A model generated the notes under the pieces. That model ran no database searches. It was not told the DNA's origin and saw only the letters and a list, made by a program, of their open reading frames with translations. From positions 156,066 through 220,065 of the forward strand of contig CAVVAK010000006.1 in assembly GCA_963746335.1 (NCBI GenBank): DNA of 64,000 bases. Direction: 5' to 3'. Below are positions 31,156-42,656 of this stretch, in pieces. The DNA is from an uncultured Actinomycetota bacterium (GTDB taxonomy: Bacteria > Actinomycetota > UBA4738 > HRBIN12). Made by a program: the position numbers and the translations under genes. Each line of letters begins with the position of its first letter. The stretch's first letter is position 1.

Positions 31156-31268
31156 GCCGAATCACCCCCGAGGGAAGCCCAAAGAGCGCGAGACGCCCAT
31201 CCGGAACCCCGGACGGGCGTCTGACCGCTGCATGAGGTGAGCGTACCAGCCGGTCCCGACGGGCTCGA

Positions 31269-31808
31269 TCAGCCGGCGGAAACGGCTTCGAGCGCACGGC
31301 GAGCCTGCGCCAGGTGGAACCGGTCGTGACCCGCGATCATGCGGAAGCAGAGGTCGAAGCTCTCGGGCCCGCGTTCGGCGTGCATCCCGACGCGGGCCCG
31401 ATCCTCCTCGGTCGATCTCGCCCACAGGGCGACGTTCGACGCTCGGAGCGGTTCGAAGAGAGCCAAGAGCTCCTCCGGGTCTTCGTTCTTGCCGGCATGG
31501 AACCGGTCGACCCAGAGATCCTGGTCGTAGCCGAGCAGCGGCGGCTGGTCATGGGCGAGGATCCATCGGTACCGACCACTCATCGCCACCTCGGCGTCGA
31601 CGGCGTGTCCCAGACACTCGATCACCGACCACTCGGACGGCTCCGGACGGACGAAGCCCAGCTCCCCCGCCTCACCGGCCATCGAGCGCCACGCGCTGCC
31701 GGCGGATGCCTGGACCTCCGCGGGGTCGTCCGAACCGAGCAGCCCGAGCAGGTGGTCCTGGTAGGCCTTCGGCTCGGAGATCGGATCCGGCGAGGTCGGT
31801 GCGTCCAC
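31269..31808 (-). CDS. DinB/YfiT family protein
   Basis: WSVIECLGH, YDQDLW, AGHDRFH metal-binding histidines. Confidence 0.85.
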   Translation of the reverse strand: MDAPTSPDPISEPKAYQDHLLGLLGSDDPAEVQASAGSAWRSMAGEAGELGFVRPEPSEWSVIECLGHAVDAEVAMSGRYRWILAHDQPPLLGYDQDLWVDRFHAGKNEDPEELLALFEPLRASNVALWARSTEEDRARVGMHAERGPESFDLCFRMIAGHDRFHLAQARRALEAVSAG

Positions 31809-31833
31809 AGGCGGGCACTCTACCGCCAGAGGC

Positions 31834-32466
31834 TCAGTCCTCGTTCGCGACGTGACCGGTCTCGGTGACCCGCAGGTCCGTGAATCCCGAATGCACGCTA
31901 TCGCCCTCGACCAGCGGCGCGGCGCCCTTGATGTGGCCGAGATCCGCGAGCGTCTCCAGGACGTGGGCCAGGGACTCATGGGGGCTCTCGACCATCGTGT
32001 CCACGACGAGCTCCGGGTGCTCGGGCGCCTCGTAGGGATCGTCGACGCCGGTGAAGCCGGTGATCTCGCCCGCGAGCGCCTTCTTGTAGAGGCCTTTGGG
32101 ATCGCGATGGGCCGCGATCTCCTCGACGGTCGCATGGACGTAGATCTCCACGAACTCGCCGATCTGGGCGCGGACCGTGTCCCGGGCCGCCTTGTACGGT
32201 GAGATCGGACAGCAGATCGTGGCGACGCCGTTGCGCGTCAGCAACTCGGCCACGAAGCCGATGCGCAGGATGTTGGTGTCCCGATCCTCCTTGGAGAACC
32301 CGAGTCCCTTCGAGAGGTTCTGCCGCACCACGTCGCCGTCCAGGATCTCCGCCTTCAGCTCGCGGGCCCGGAGCTCGTGGTACAGCATCTCGGCGATCGT
32401 GGACTTCCCCGACCCGGACAGGCCCGTGAACCAGACCGTGAATCCCTTCTGCTCGACCTCCGTCAC
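31834..32466 (-). CDS. cysC: Adenylyl-sulfate (APS) kinase
   Basis: WFTGLSGSGKST, LDGDVVR, GFSKEDR, DPKGLYKKA, FTGVDDPYE; start overlaps the upstream stop. Confidence 0.93.
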   Translation of the reverse strand: MTEVEQKGFTVWFTGLSGSGKSTIAEMLYHELRARELKAEILDGDVVRQNLSKGLGFSKEDRDTNILRIGFVAELLTRNGVATICCPISPYKAARDTVRAQIGEFVEIYVHATVEEIAAHRDPKGLYKKALAGEITGFTGVDDPYEAPEHPELVVDTMVESPHESLAHVLETLADLGHIKGAAPLVEGDSVHSGFTDLRVTETGHVANED

Positions 32467-33869
32467 AAGAAGCTCCTCGTCGTGCCGTCGGCGTCCTCGA
32501 TCCCGAACAGCGAGAGGATCGTCGGCCCGACGTCGACCAGGCTGAGGCCTTCGACCTTGCCGATCGGCTGGCCCGGCGATCCCGTCATCGCGAAGACACC
32601 CGTCCGGTCGTGGTTGGCGCCGTCGGGCCCGATGTCGTTCTCGAAGGTGTAGACGCTGGGGTTGCCCACCGCGCCGACCGAGCGCCATCCGAGATCTCCG
32701 AAGTACACGAGCAGATCCGGCGCCACGCCTCGAACCTCGGGGTAGACGTCCTGGGGCTTGTGCACGGTGGTGCCGAGCGGCTCGCCCTCCGGCCCCGGCA
32801 TCGACACGAGCTTCGCGGCGAGCTCGTCCCGCAGTGTCTCGTACTGGGCCGGTTCGATCACACCCTGGGGCTCGCGGCCGGCGACGTTCAGGAACAGCCG
32901 GCCGTAATAGCCGCCGTCGCCCCACGCCTGCGTGCGGCCCCAGTCGATCGAGGTCTTCGCGATGGGCGTGATCTCGGACACCTTCTCCTTCAGCACGAGG
33001 TAGCCGTTCTCGATCAGCCAGTCGTTGAAGCAGATGCCGCCCATCATGGGACGGGCGCCGTGATCGCTCATCACGATCGTGATCGCATCCTCGGGGAGCA
33101 GCTCTAGCAACGAGCCGACCTCGTCGTCCAGCGCTCGGTAGTAGCGCCGGAAGGCGTCTTCGAATGGGTTGCCCGGCTGATAGAGCGGATGCGTCGGGTC
33201 GACGTAGTGCCAGAACACGTGGTGGAGCCTGTCCATGCCCATCTCGACCATCATGAAGTAGTCCCACGGCTTGTTCTTCACCAGTCGTCGCGCCACCTGG
33301 AAGCGCCGCTCGGTCATCTTGAAGACCTGATCGAGAACGAACTCCATCCCCTGTTGACGGAAGTTCGGGATGTCGAAGATGTACTCGCCCTTCCCGCCGA
33401 GCTCCTCCTCGATCTCCACCTCGAGCTCCTGCGGATACGCGTAGTGCTCGGCCGACGGTGGGGTGAGGAAGCATCCGACGCGCCACCCCGGGAATTCCTT
33501 CGGGGGCGGGAATCCCGGTGGCACGCCGATGAGTAGCGAGGACTTGCCCTGGGCGCCGAGTGAGTCCCACACCGCCGGTGCCTTGATCGAGCCGGAGTGC
33601 GCGATGGCGAGTCCTTCGTAGCTCGTGTCCTTGCGGTTCCGGAAGCCGTAGATGCCCAGCTCCCCCGGCGTCTTGCCGGTCATGGCGCAGGCCCACGCGG
33701 GGATGGTGATCGGCGGGGTGACGCTGGCGAGGTCCCCGTACATCCCTTCCGACATGAGCTTCGAGATGTTGGGGACCTCAGACGCGAGATCGTCGAACAA
33801 GAGCTGGGGGGTGGCGCAGTCCAGGCCGATGACCGCCACCCTGGGGCCCTGCTGCATGTCGACGTTCAT
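32463..33869 (-). CDS. Alkaline phosphatase superfamily (type I phosphodiesterase/nucleotide pyrophosphatase-like) protein
   Basis: VIGLDC, PPITIPAW..TGK.PG..GIYGF, DRLHH, SDHG, GANH; AAGGAAAGG RBS. Confidence 0.87.
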   Translation of the reverse strand: MNVDMQQGPRVAVIGLDCATPQLLFDDLASEVPNISKLMSEGMYGDLASVTPPITIPAWACAMTGKTPGELGIYGFRNRKDTSYEGLAIAHSGSIKAPAVWDSLGAQGKSSLLIGVPPGFPPPKEFPGWRVGCFLTPPSAEHYAYPQELEVEIEEELGGKGEYIFDIPNFRQQGMEFVLDQVFKMTERRFQVARRLVKNKPWDYFMMVEMGMDRLHHVFWHYVDPTHPLYQPGNPFEDAFRRYYRALDDEVGSLLELLPEDAITIVMSDHGARPMMGGICFNDWLIENGYLVLKEKVSEITPIAKTSIDWGRTQAWGDGGYYGRLFLNVAGREPQGVIEPAQYETLRDELAAKLVSMPGPEGEPLGTTVHKPQDVYPEVRGVAPDLLVYFGDLGWRSVGAVGNPSVYTFENDIGPDGANHDRTGVFAMTGSPGQPIGKVEGLSLVDVGPTILSLFGIEDADGTTRSFL

Positions 33870-34011
33870 CCTTTCCTTGCTTGGCCTTGCATCGCCGGAG
33901 ATCGAGGTCGAGCCGGTGCCGGGCGCGCCGAAGGCGAGGCGGCTCAACGGTTCTCGTATGCTACCAACCCGCTCGGAACGCCGACCAAGAACTTCCGGAG
34001 ATGCCGCTTCG

Positions 34012-34410
34012 ATGAGCCTGCTGCGCCGTGCGCTCGGTGTCGGCGCCTTCCTCTTGCTCGCATTGTCCCTGCCGCTTCTCGTGTTTCCCCGGACCGTGGT
34101 CGAGACGGTCATGGGGCAGGGAGAGATGCCGGACGCCGTTTGGATCAGGCTCTTCGGCGCGGGAGGCGTGGCGCTCGCGCTCTTCCACGTGCTGATCCTC
34201 AGGAAGCTCGACGAGCTGTGGTGGTGGTGTTGGGCCTTCGTCATCTTCGACGGCCTGACGTCACTGATCGTCGTCCTGCACGTCTCCACGGGGCTTCCCG
34301 AGGGGTCGGCGGCGTGGCCCTGGTGGACCTTCGGAGCGAGCACGGCTCTGTTCACGGCGCTGTACGTCGTCGGCTTGGCGAAGGCCGGACAGGAGAAGCC
34401 GCTCGCGTGA
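34012..34410 (+). CDS. Hypothetical 4-TM membrane protein
   Basis: Four hydrophobic helices; fills the gap between flanking genes. Confidence 0.7.
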   Translation: MSLLRRALGVGAFLLLALSLPLLVFPRTVVETVMGQGEMPDAVWIRLFGAGGVALALFHVLILRKLDELWWWCWAFVIFDGLTSLIVVLHVSTGLPEGSAAWPWWTFGASTALFTALYVVGLAKAGQEKPLA

Positions 34411-34423
34411 CCCGTCCCGGTCG

Positions 34424-34903
34424 CTACGTCGCGAGCGGGCGCACCATCACGACGGCCGTGTCTGCGTCCCACTCGCCGCGCAGGTCGCGGCCCAGCACGA
34501 AGCCCACCGAGCGGTAGAACGCTCGCGTCGATCCGTAGCCGTCGTCGGGTTCGGGACCCGGGTCGCTCGGAGACACCGTGAGGACCAGAAGGATCCGCCG
34601 GCCCTCGGCGATCAGGTCCTCCACCAGTCGGTCGATCAGGGCGTGGCCGATCCCCCGGCGCCGCCGGTCCGCGCGGACGGCCATCCACGTGATCTCCGCC
34701 GCTTCGTCGAACCGGTGCACGTAGGTGAGGAAACCCACCACCTCGCCGCCTTCCGCGGCCACGAGACCCGCGTCGCGTCGGACCGCCGCGGCGCAGTCAC
34801 GCCTGCCTTCCTCGATCGCGAAGTGATACGGGAGGCCCAGGACGATCCGGTCGCACGCGTCCGCGTGCTCCGGGCGGAGGGCCCGGATCCAGATGTCGGT
34901 CAT
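34424..34903 (-). CDS. GNAT family N-acetyltransferase
   Basis: V...RRRRGIGHAL acetyl-CoA motif, FYRSVGF; ATGA overlap. Confidence 0.85.
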   Translation of the reverse strand: MTDIWIRALRPEHADACDRIVLGLPYHFAIEEGRRDCAAAVRRDAGLVAAEGGEVVGFLTYVHRFDEAAEITWMAVRADRRRRGIGHALIDRLVEDLIAEGRRILLVLTVSPSDPGPEPDDGYGSTRAFYRSVGFVLGRDLRGEWDADTAVVMVRPLAT

Positions 34904-35976
34904 CCGCGAGCTGCGGCGGCGCGGGCTCGAGCGAGGCGGTCGCGAGCGAGGCGGTCGGCGGCAGCGGCCGTCGAGATCCCTTCCCGCTCGGCTGTCGCGA
35001 AGATCTCGAGCAACGTGTCGCCGATCGCCTCGAGCCGCTTCGCCGTGGTCGCGTCGTCCCACCCGAGGGTCTCGGAGCCCGCGAGGTGGATCACGCCGCC
35101 CGCGTTGATCACGAAGTCGGGTGCGAACAGGATGCCGGCGTCGCGGAGACGCTCGCCGTCCTCCGCGACCCCGAGCTGGTTGTTGGCCGCACCGGCGACG
35201 ATCCGGCACCGCAGGTGCCGGATCGTCGCCTCCGTGAGCACCTTGCCGGTCGCGCACGGGGAGAACACGTCGCACTCCGCGCCGACCACGTCGTCCGCGT
35301 CCACCACCTTGGCGCCCAGCTCGTCCGCGAGGGTGGACGCCCGTGTCGCGTCGAGATCCGCGAGCAGGAGCGTGGCTCCCGCTCCGTGGAGGTGCTCGGC
35401 CAGCCGGCTCCCGACCGAGCCCAGCCCCTGCACGAGCACCGACCGCCCCTCGAGGTCATCGCTCCCGAACGCCTGCCGGACCGTCGCCCGCATGCCGTGG
35501 AACACACCCATCGCGGTGGCCGAGCCGGGGTCGCCGGAGCCTCCCTTGGCCTTGGAGCGCCCGAGGACGTGTGACGTTCGCTCGCCGATCGTGTCCATGT
35601 CGGCCTCGCCGGTGTTCATGTCGGCGGCCGTCTCGTAGGTCCCGTGCAGCGACTCCACCAGATCCGCGTACCGCAGGAGAAGGGTCCGGCGTGCTGGGGT
35701 GCCGTGTGATGGGACCTCAGGGATCGCGATCACGGCCTTCCCGCCCCCGAAAGGGGTGTCGGCCGCCGCGTGCTTCAGGGTCATCGCCGCGGAGAGGCGC
35801 AGGACGTCCTCGAGGGCGTCGGCGGGGCTGGCGTAGGACGTCAGCCGGGTCCCGCCCATCGCCGGACCCAGGACCGTGCTGTGCACCCCGATGAACATCC
35901 AGGAAGACGTCGGATCGTCGTGGTGGGCGACGACCGCCTCGCCGTCCCAGCCGCGGATCAGATCCTCCAGCGCCAC
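34900..35976 (-). CDS. Leu/Phe/Val dehydrogenase
   Basis: GPAMGGTR, MTLK, GGGKAVI, GLGSVG, GAANNQL, PDFVINAGG. Confidence 0.92.
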   Translation of the reverse strand: MALEDLIRGWDGEAVVAHHDDPTSSWMFIGVHSTVLGPAMGGTRLTSYASPADALEDVLRLSAAMTLKHAAADTPFGGGKAVIAIPEVPSHGTPARRTLLLRYADLVESLHGTYETAADMNTGEADMDTIGERTSHVLGRSKAKGGSGDPGSATAMGVFHGMRATVRQAFGSDDLEGRSVLVQGLGSVGSRLAEHLHGAGATLLLADLDATRASTLADELGAKVVDADDVVGAECDVFSPCATGKVLTEATIRHLRCRIVAGAANNQLGVAEDGERLRDAGILFAPDFVINAGGVIHLAGSETLGWDDATTAKRLEAIGDTLLEIFATAEREGISTAAAADRLARDRLARARAAAARG

Positions 35977-36075
35977 GGTCCGAGTCTAGACGGGTCCCGA
36001 GATGTCATCCCCCGGATGGGATGTGGTGCAGCGGTGGCGGGCGCTCACGCGCCCGCCACCGCCGTGATCCCGTCC

Positions 36076-36699
36076 CTAGGCAGCCCTCACATGGACGCTC
36101 GCCGTGCTGATCCCCCAGCAGACGAATTCGTCGTCGCTCGATGCCGCATCTTCCGGGTTCCCGTCACCGTCATCCTTCCAGGCGCCGGCCACTCCCATGA
36201 TCGTGTAGTTCTCGCCGACGTCGACCGCAGCCGCCTTCGCCTTCAGCACGACGTCGATCACGGACTTCCTCTCGACCCTGCCCTGGTCGTTCTTGTTCGT
36301 GGGCGTCGCGAACGCCTTCCACAGGACCCCGGTGATGTTGGCGAAGTTCAGTCCGCTCGAGGAACAATCGTTCGCCAACGCGGTCACGAGGTTGTTCTCG
36401 ATACCCATCGGGATCGGTCCGCCGAACTGCCCGTTGACTCCCCAGCGGGCGTTGTTGACCCCGATGTCGGTGTTCTGTCCGCTCGCGAGCGCACCGACGC
36501 CGATGATCACGAACTGCCGGGCTCCGGTGAATACCGTCGCGTAGTCCGACCCCATGGGCCGCAACGTGAACTTCGCCTTCGTGGCCTGCCCGGGCGTCAG
36601 TGTGTAGTCCACTACCGAGAAGCTTTGGAGTGCCCAACACGAGCTCAACAGGAACGTGAGCGCCATCGCGCCCACGGCGAAACCGAGCTTCTTCCTCAT
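36076..36699 (-). CDS. Hypothetical lipoprotein/secreted protein
   Basis: GGAGG RBS; MRKK plus hydrophobic stretch plus LSSC lipobox; beta-rich mature region with 2 more Cys. Confidence 0.72.
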   Translation of the reverse strand: MRKKLGFAVGAMALTFLLSSCWALQSFSVVDYTLTPGQATKAKFTLRPMGSDYATVFTGARQFVIIGVGALASGQNTDIGVNNARWGVNGQFGGPIPMGIENNLVTALANDCSSSGLNFANITGVLWKAFATPTNKNDQGRVERKSVIDVVLKAKAAAVDVGENYTIMGVAGAWKDDGDGNPEDAASSDDEFVCWGISTASVHVRAA

Positions 36700-36785
36700 C
36701 CTGATTCCTCCCCCAGACCCGTCCTCAGACCCCTCGGGTCTCCGTCTCGAAGGGCATCCTGCCATCACGCAACCCCCCATGCAAG

Positions 36786-36817
36786 CCGAGAGGCGGGCCG
36801 GCAGGCCCGCCTCTCGG
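36786..36817 (-). terminator. groEL terminator hairpin
   Basis: Perfect 14-bp stem CCGAGAGGCGGGCC-GGCA-GGCCCGCCTCTCGG just after the groEL stop. Confidence 0.75.
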
Positions 36818-36840
36818 TCGTTCCGACTGCGGATGATCGG

Positions 36841-38529
<1,689 letters not shown>

Positions 38530-38841
38530 CTACTTCCCGACGACGACGGCGAGGACGTCGCGAGCCGAGAGGATCTGATACTCGGTCCCGTCCGCGTCCT
38601 TCCATTCCGTGCCGCCGTACTTCGAGTAGATGACGGTGTCGCCGACGCTCACGTCGACCGGGACGCGGGCGTCCCCGTCCTCGTTGAACTTCCCGGGTCC
38701 CACCGCAACGACCGTGCCGCTGACCGGCTTCTCCTTCGCCGTGTCCGGGATCACGAGCCCGGAGGCCGTGGTCTCCTCGGCTTCGCCCGGCTGGACGATG
38801 ATCCGGTCCTCGAGCGGCTTGAGCTTGAAATCCTTCGCCAT
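38530..38841 (-). CDS. groES: Co-chaperonin GroES
   Basis: [30 protein letters not shown]. Confidence 0.98.
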   Translation of the reverse strand: MAKDFKLKPLEDRIIVQPGEAEETTASGLVIPDTAKEKPVSGTVVAVGPGKFNEDGDARVPVDVSVGDTVIYSKYGGTEWKDADGTEYQILSARDVLAVVVGK

Positions 38842-38932
38842 CCCTGGATCTCCTCCCTGGTTCTTCTTGGCCTTTCCCGGCCGGTTCCTCGGGCCTGTTC
38901 TCTTCGGCCCTGTTCCTGGACGGGGGGTGCGG

Positions 38933-38959
38933 TTAGCACTCGCCCTGCCTGAGTGCTAG
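38933..38959. promoter_or_regulatory. CIRCE operator (HrcA site)
   Basis: TTAGCACTC-N9-GAGTGCTAG, one mismatch to the consensus, upstream of groES. Confidence 0.95.
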
Positions 38960-38960
38960 C

Positions 38961-38990
38961 AGGATAGCCGCGGGAGCGCCGAAGGGTCAA
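38961..38990 (-). promoter_or_regulatory. SigA-type promoter of groESL
   Basis: TTGACC-N18-TATCCT on the minus strand immediately before CIRCE. Confidence 0.75.
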
Positions 38991-39095
38991 CGCTGCGGAG
39001 ACTCGGGGAGGATCCGAGGAGGACCCGCAAGCCGGCAGCCCGGATGTCGTCCGGATGGGGCAGAGAGCCCAGCTATCGTCTCTTCCGCGCGGAGG

Positions 39096-39122
39096 TGTCG
39101 ATATCGCCGTTCCCCGTTCGTC
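39096..39122 (+). promoter_or_regulatory. ECF42-type promoter
   Basis: TGTCGA-N17-CGTC upstream of the DGPF/YciI gene, like the motif described for ECF42 targets. Confidence 0.65.
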
Positions 39123-39157
39123 TCAGAGGCGACCCCTCTCCAGAAGGAGGCAGCGAG

Positions 39158-39517
39158 ATGAAGTACATGCTCCTGATCCATCAGGGCGACACCCCGACGC
39201 CGCGGTCACCGGACGACTGGGCCACGCTCTCGGAGGACGAGCAGCGAGCCGTCTACGCCGACTACCAGGCGATCAACGAGACTCCGGGCGTCACCTCCGG
39301 CCTCCAGCTGGACGCTCCCGAGACGGCCACCACGGTTCGGGTGCGAGACGGCAAGGCGCTGACCACCGATGGGCCGTTCGCCGAGATCAAGGAGGCGATC
39401 GGCGGCTACCTGTTCTTCGAGGCCGATGACCTCGACGCGGCGATCGAGCTGGCCTCGCGGATCCCGGCGGCGCGCATGGGTGGCGCGATCGAGGTGCGCC
39501 CGATCGTGGGGGGATAG
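39158..39517 (+). CDS. YciI/DGPF family protein
   Basis: AAGGAGG RBS; MKYMLLI, TDGPFAEIKEAIGGY, IEVRPI. Confidence 0.92.
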   Translation: MKYMLLIHQGDTPTPRSPDDWATLSEDEQRAVYADYQAINETPGVTSGLQLDAPETATTVRVRDGKALTTDGPFAEIKEAIGGYLFFEADDLDAAIELASRIPAARMGGAIEVRPIVGG

Positions 39518-40711
39518 GCGATCCTCGAGGAAACCTTCCGCGACCAGTGGGGCCGTGTCCTCGCTGCATCGATCGGCTTCCTCGGCGACTTCGACCTCGC
39601 CGAGGAAGCCGCGCAGGAGGCCTTCGCGATCGCCGCGGAGCGCTGGCGACGCACCGGACCTCCCGCCAACCCGGGCGCCTGGCTGGTGACGACGGCGCGC
39701 AATCGAGCCCTCGATCGCATCCGCCGTGATCGGACGCTGGCTGCGAAGACCCGCCTCCTTCAGGTGCCCGAGGGAGCGGAGGACACGATGGACCCGACGA
39801 CCTTCCCGGACGAACGACTCGAGCTCATCTTCACGTGCTGCCACCCGGCACTCGCCGTCGACGCGCAGGTCGCGCTCACGTTGCGGACGCTCGGAGGCTT
39901 GACCACCGGGGAGATCGCTCGCGCGTTCCTCGTTCCGGAGCCGACGATGGCGCAGCGGTTGGTGCGGGCCAAGCGCAAGATCAAGGCGGCCGGGATCCCG
40001 TTCCGGGTGCCTCCCGACCACCGGCTCCCCGATCGGCTCGTCGCGGTGCTCGCGGTCGTCTATCTGATCTTCAACGAGGGGTACTCGGTCCCGCCGACCC
40101 GCGGTGAGCTGGCCGCCGAGGCGCTCCGGCTCGGTCGGGCGCTCGCGGAGCTGATGCCCGACGAGCCGGAGGTGCACGGTCTCCTGGCCCTGATGCTGCT
40201 GCATGACGCCCGCCGCGAGGCGCGATTCCGCGGGGACGACCTGGTGCTGCTCGAGGACCAGGAGCGATCGCTCTGGGACACCCCGCAGATCGCGGAGGGC
40301 CGGGCGGTGCTGGACCGGGCCCTCGCTCTCCTGGGCCGTGGTCCCTACGTCGTGCAGGCCGCGATCGCGTCCCTGCACGCGGACGAGCGCCGCGACTGGC
40401 CTCAGATCGCCGCCCTCTACGGCGAGCTCTTCCGCCTCACGGACTCGCCGGTCGTCGAGTTGAACAGGGCCGTCGCGGTGGCCCAGGCGCAGGGCCCGCA
40501 GGCGGGGCTCGACATCGTCGAGGGGCTCCGCCTCGAGGGCTACCGCTACCTGCACTCGACGCGGGGCGAGCTGTTGCGCCGTCTCGGCCGCACCTCGGAG
40601 GCCCGCGATGCCTATCGCCGGGCGCTGGCGCTCGTGCACGGCGAGGCCGAGCGGCGGTCGCTCGAGCGTCGGCTCGCGGCGCTCGGCACGCCGAGCAGCC
40701 CCACCACTTAG
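39518..40711 (+). CDS. ECF sigma factor with C-terminal TPR-like extension (ECF42-like); start codon unresolved
   Basis: Frame reads [30 protein letters not shown] from 39518; [31 protein letters not shown]. First canonical start (39686) lies inside region 2. Confidence 0.85.
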   Translation, partial: AILEETFRDQWGRVLAASIGFLGDFDLAEEAAQEAFAIAAERWRRTGPPANPGAWLVTTARNRALDRIRRDRTLAAKTRLLQVPEGAEDTMDPTTFPDERLELIFTCCHPALAVDAQVALTLRTLGGLTTGEIARAFLVPEPTMAQRLVRAKRKIKAAGIPFRVPPDHRLPDRLVAVLAVVYLIFNEGYSVPPTRGELAAEALRLGRALAELMPDEPEVHGLLALMLLHDARREARFRGDDLVLLEDQERSLWDTPQIAEGRAVLDRALALLGRGPYVVQAAIASLHADERRDWPQIAALYGELFRLTDSPVVELNRAVAVAQAQGPQAGLDIVEGLRLEGYRYLHSTRGELLRRLGRTSEARDAYRRALALVHGEAERRSLERRLAALGTPSSPTT

Positions 40712-41652
40712 ACGCCCTTGAGGTACGCGACGGTCTCGGCCAGGCCGTCTTCGAGGTGCGTCCACGGCTTCCAGGCGATCGCCGACGTGGCCGCGGAGAT
40801 GTCCAGCGCCATCCGGCGCAGCTCCGCCTGCGACTGGGGACCGTGCTCGGGCTCTCCCGCGAATCCCGTGAGCTCGGCGAGCACCTTGTAGATGTGGTTC
40901 ACGCTGGTCTCCAGACCGGTGCCGATGTTCACGAGCTTGCCCGATCCCCGGTCCATCGCCTGGACGAAGGCGTGCACGGTGTCGTCGATGAAGACGAAGT
41001 CGCGGGTCTGGTTGCCGTCGCCGAAGATCGTGGGCGCCTCGCCCGTCAGCATCTTCGCCGTGAAGATCGCCACGACGCCTGCCTCGCCCGTCGGATCTTG
41101 CCTCGGCCCGTAGACGTTCGCGAGGGCGACGGCCGTGTAGTCCAGTCCTCGGTATCGCTGGTAATAGGAGAGATAGTCGAGGCCCACCTTCTTCGAGACG
41201 CCGTAGGGAGACAGCGGTCGGGAGCCTTGCGCCGCCGTCTCCTTGGTGGGGAGTCGGCGGGGCTCCCCGTACATCGTGCCGCCGCTCGCCGCGTAGATCA
41301 CCTTGCGAGCCCCGACGTGCACCGACGCCTCGAGCACGTTCAGCAGACCCATCACGTTGACGCTGGCGTCGTGGACCGGATCGTCCAAGGAAGGGCGAAC
41401 CCCCGCCTGCGCGGCCAGATGGAACACGACCTCGGGCCGATGGCGCTCGAACAGCGACGCGAGACCATCCGCGCGCACGTCCATGTTGAAGAACGAGAAC
41501 TCCTTGCCGTAGCCGCGGGCCTCGACGAGGTTCGCGATCTTCCCGGTCGTGAGGTCGTCGACGGACACGACACGGTGACCCTCGGCGAGCAAGCGTTCTC
41601 CGAGCTGCGAGCCGATGAACCCGGCGCCCCCGGTCACCAGGACGGACGTCAC
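40708..41652 (-). CDS. NAD-dependent epimerase/dehydratase (UDP-glucose 4-epimerase-like)
   Basis: [19 protein letters not shown] (YxxxK), NVYGPRQ. Confidence 0.9.
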   Translation of the reverse strand: MTSVLVTGGAGFIGSQLGERLLAEGHRVVSVDDLTTGKIANLVEARGYGKEFSFFNMDVRADGLASLFERHRPEVVFHLAAQAGVRPSLDDPVHDASVNVMGLLNVLEASVHVGARKVIYAASGGTMYGEPRRLPTKETAAQGSRPLSPYGVSKKVGLDYLSYYQRYRGLDYTAVALANVYGPRQDPTGEAGVVAIFTAKMLTGEAPTIFGDGNQTRDFVFIDDTVHAFVQAMDRGSGKLVNIGTGLETSVNHIYKVLAELTGFAGEPEHGPQSQAELRRMALDISAATSAIAWKPWTHLEDGLAETVAYLKGV

Positions 41653-42656
41653 GGCGCCAACCTTAGGTTGGGGTCTGCGGCGATGTCCAGCGAGGACCGT
41701 TCCCCGCGACCGAGCCTGGCCGCTCCGACCGCCGCGATCATCGCGGCATTGTCCGTGCACAGGTCGAGCGACGGGTACAGCACCCGCAACCCCTCGGACC
41801 TGCCGGCCTCTGCCATCCTGTCGCGCAGGCGCGTGTTCGCCACCACACCGCCTCCGAGGAGGACCGTGTCCACTCCCCGGCCCTTCGCCGCCGCGATCGT
41901 CTTCGACACCTGCACGTCCACGATCGCTTCTTGGAACGATGCGGCCACATCGGGCAGAGAGACCTCGTGAGTTGCAGCCTGTTCGGCTCGCAGGTATCGA
42001 AGGACCGCCGTCTTCAGCCCGCTCATCGAGAAGTCCAGATCGCCGGAGCTCTCCATCGCCCTCGGGAACCGGATCGCCGTGGGATCGCCCTCGGAAGCGA
42101 GCGCGTCGAGGGCGGGGCCGCCCGGGAACCCGAGGCCGAGGAGTCTCGCCACCTTGTCGAAGGCTTCCCCCGCCGCATCGTCGAGGGTCTGCCCGAGCAG
42201 CTCGTGCCGATGTACCTCCGGAATGTGCACGAGCATCGTGTGCCCACCCGAGACCACCAGGGCCACGTACGGCGGGTCCGGCTCCCCGTGCTCGAGGAAG
42301 TTCGCCCAGATGTGGCCCTCCAGGTGATTCACGCCGATCAGGGGGACCCGGGCTGCGAGGGCTACGGCCTTCGCCGCCGCCATCCCGACCAGCAAGGCCC
42401 CGACCAGCCCGGGGCCGACGGTCACGGCAACCCCGTCGATGGTCCGGAACGAGACGCCGGCTTCGTGCAGGGCTTGATCCAGCAGCGGATTCAGCGACTC
42501 GACGTGCGCTCGCGCGGCGACCTCGGGCACCACGCCACCGAACCGCTCGTGCAGGTGCTCCTGACGGCCGATGAGGTTCGCCCGCACCTGGAAGCCATCC
42601 TCCACGACCGCCACGGCGGTCTCGTCGCACGACGTCTCGATGCCGAGGGTGATCAC
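41649..42656 (-). CDS. tsaD: tRNA t6A threonylcarbamoyltransferase
   Basis: GIETSCDET, GGVVPEVAAR.H, NHLEGH, SGGHT, DDAAGEAFDK, DNAAMI. Confidence 0.97.
   Translation of the reverse strand: MITLGIETSCDETAVAVVEDGFQVRANLIGRQEHLHERFGGVVPEVAARAHVESLNPLLDQALHEAGVSFRTIDGVAVTVGPGLVGALLVGMAAAKAVALAARVPLIGVNHLEGHIWANFLEHGEPDPPYVALVVSGGHTMLVHIPEVHRHELLGQTLDDAAGEAFDKVARLLGLGFPGGPALDALASEGDPTAIRFPRAMESSGDLDFSMSGLKTAVLRYLRAEQAATHEVSLPDVAASFQEAIVDVQVSKTIAAAKGRGVDTVLLGGGVVANTRLRDRMAEAGRSEGLRVLYPSLDLCTDNAAMIAAVGAARLGRGERSSLDIAADPNLRLAP

Noticed and set aside
28816-31224. 802-aa plus-strand ORF
   Set aside because: Antisense to guaA/guaB3.
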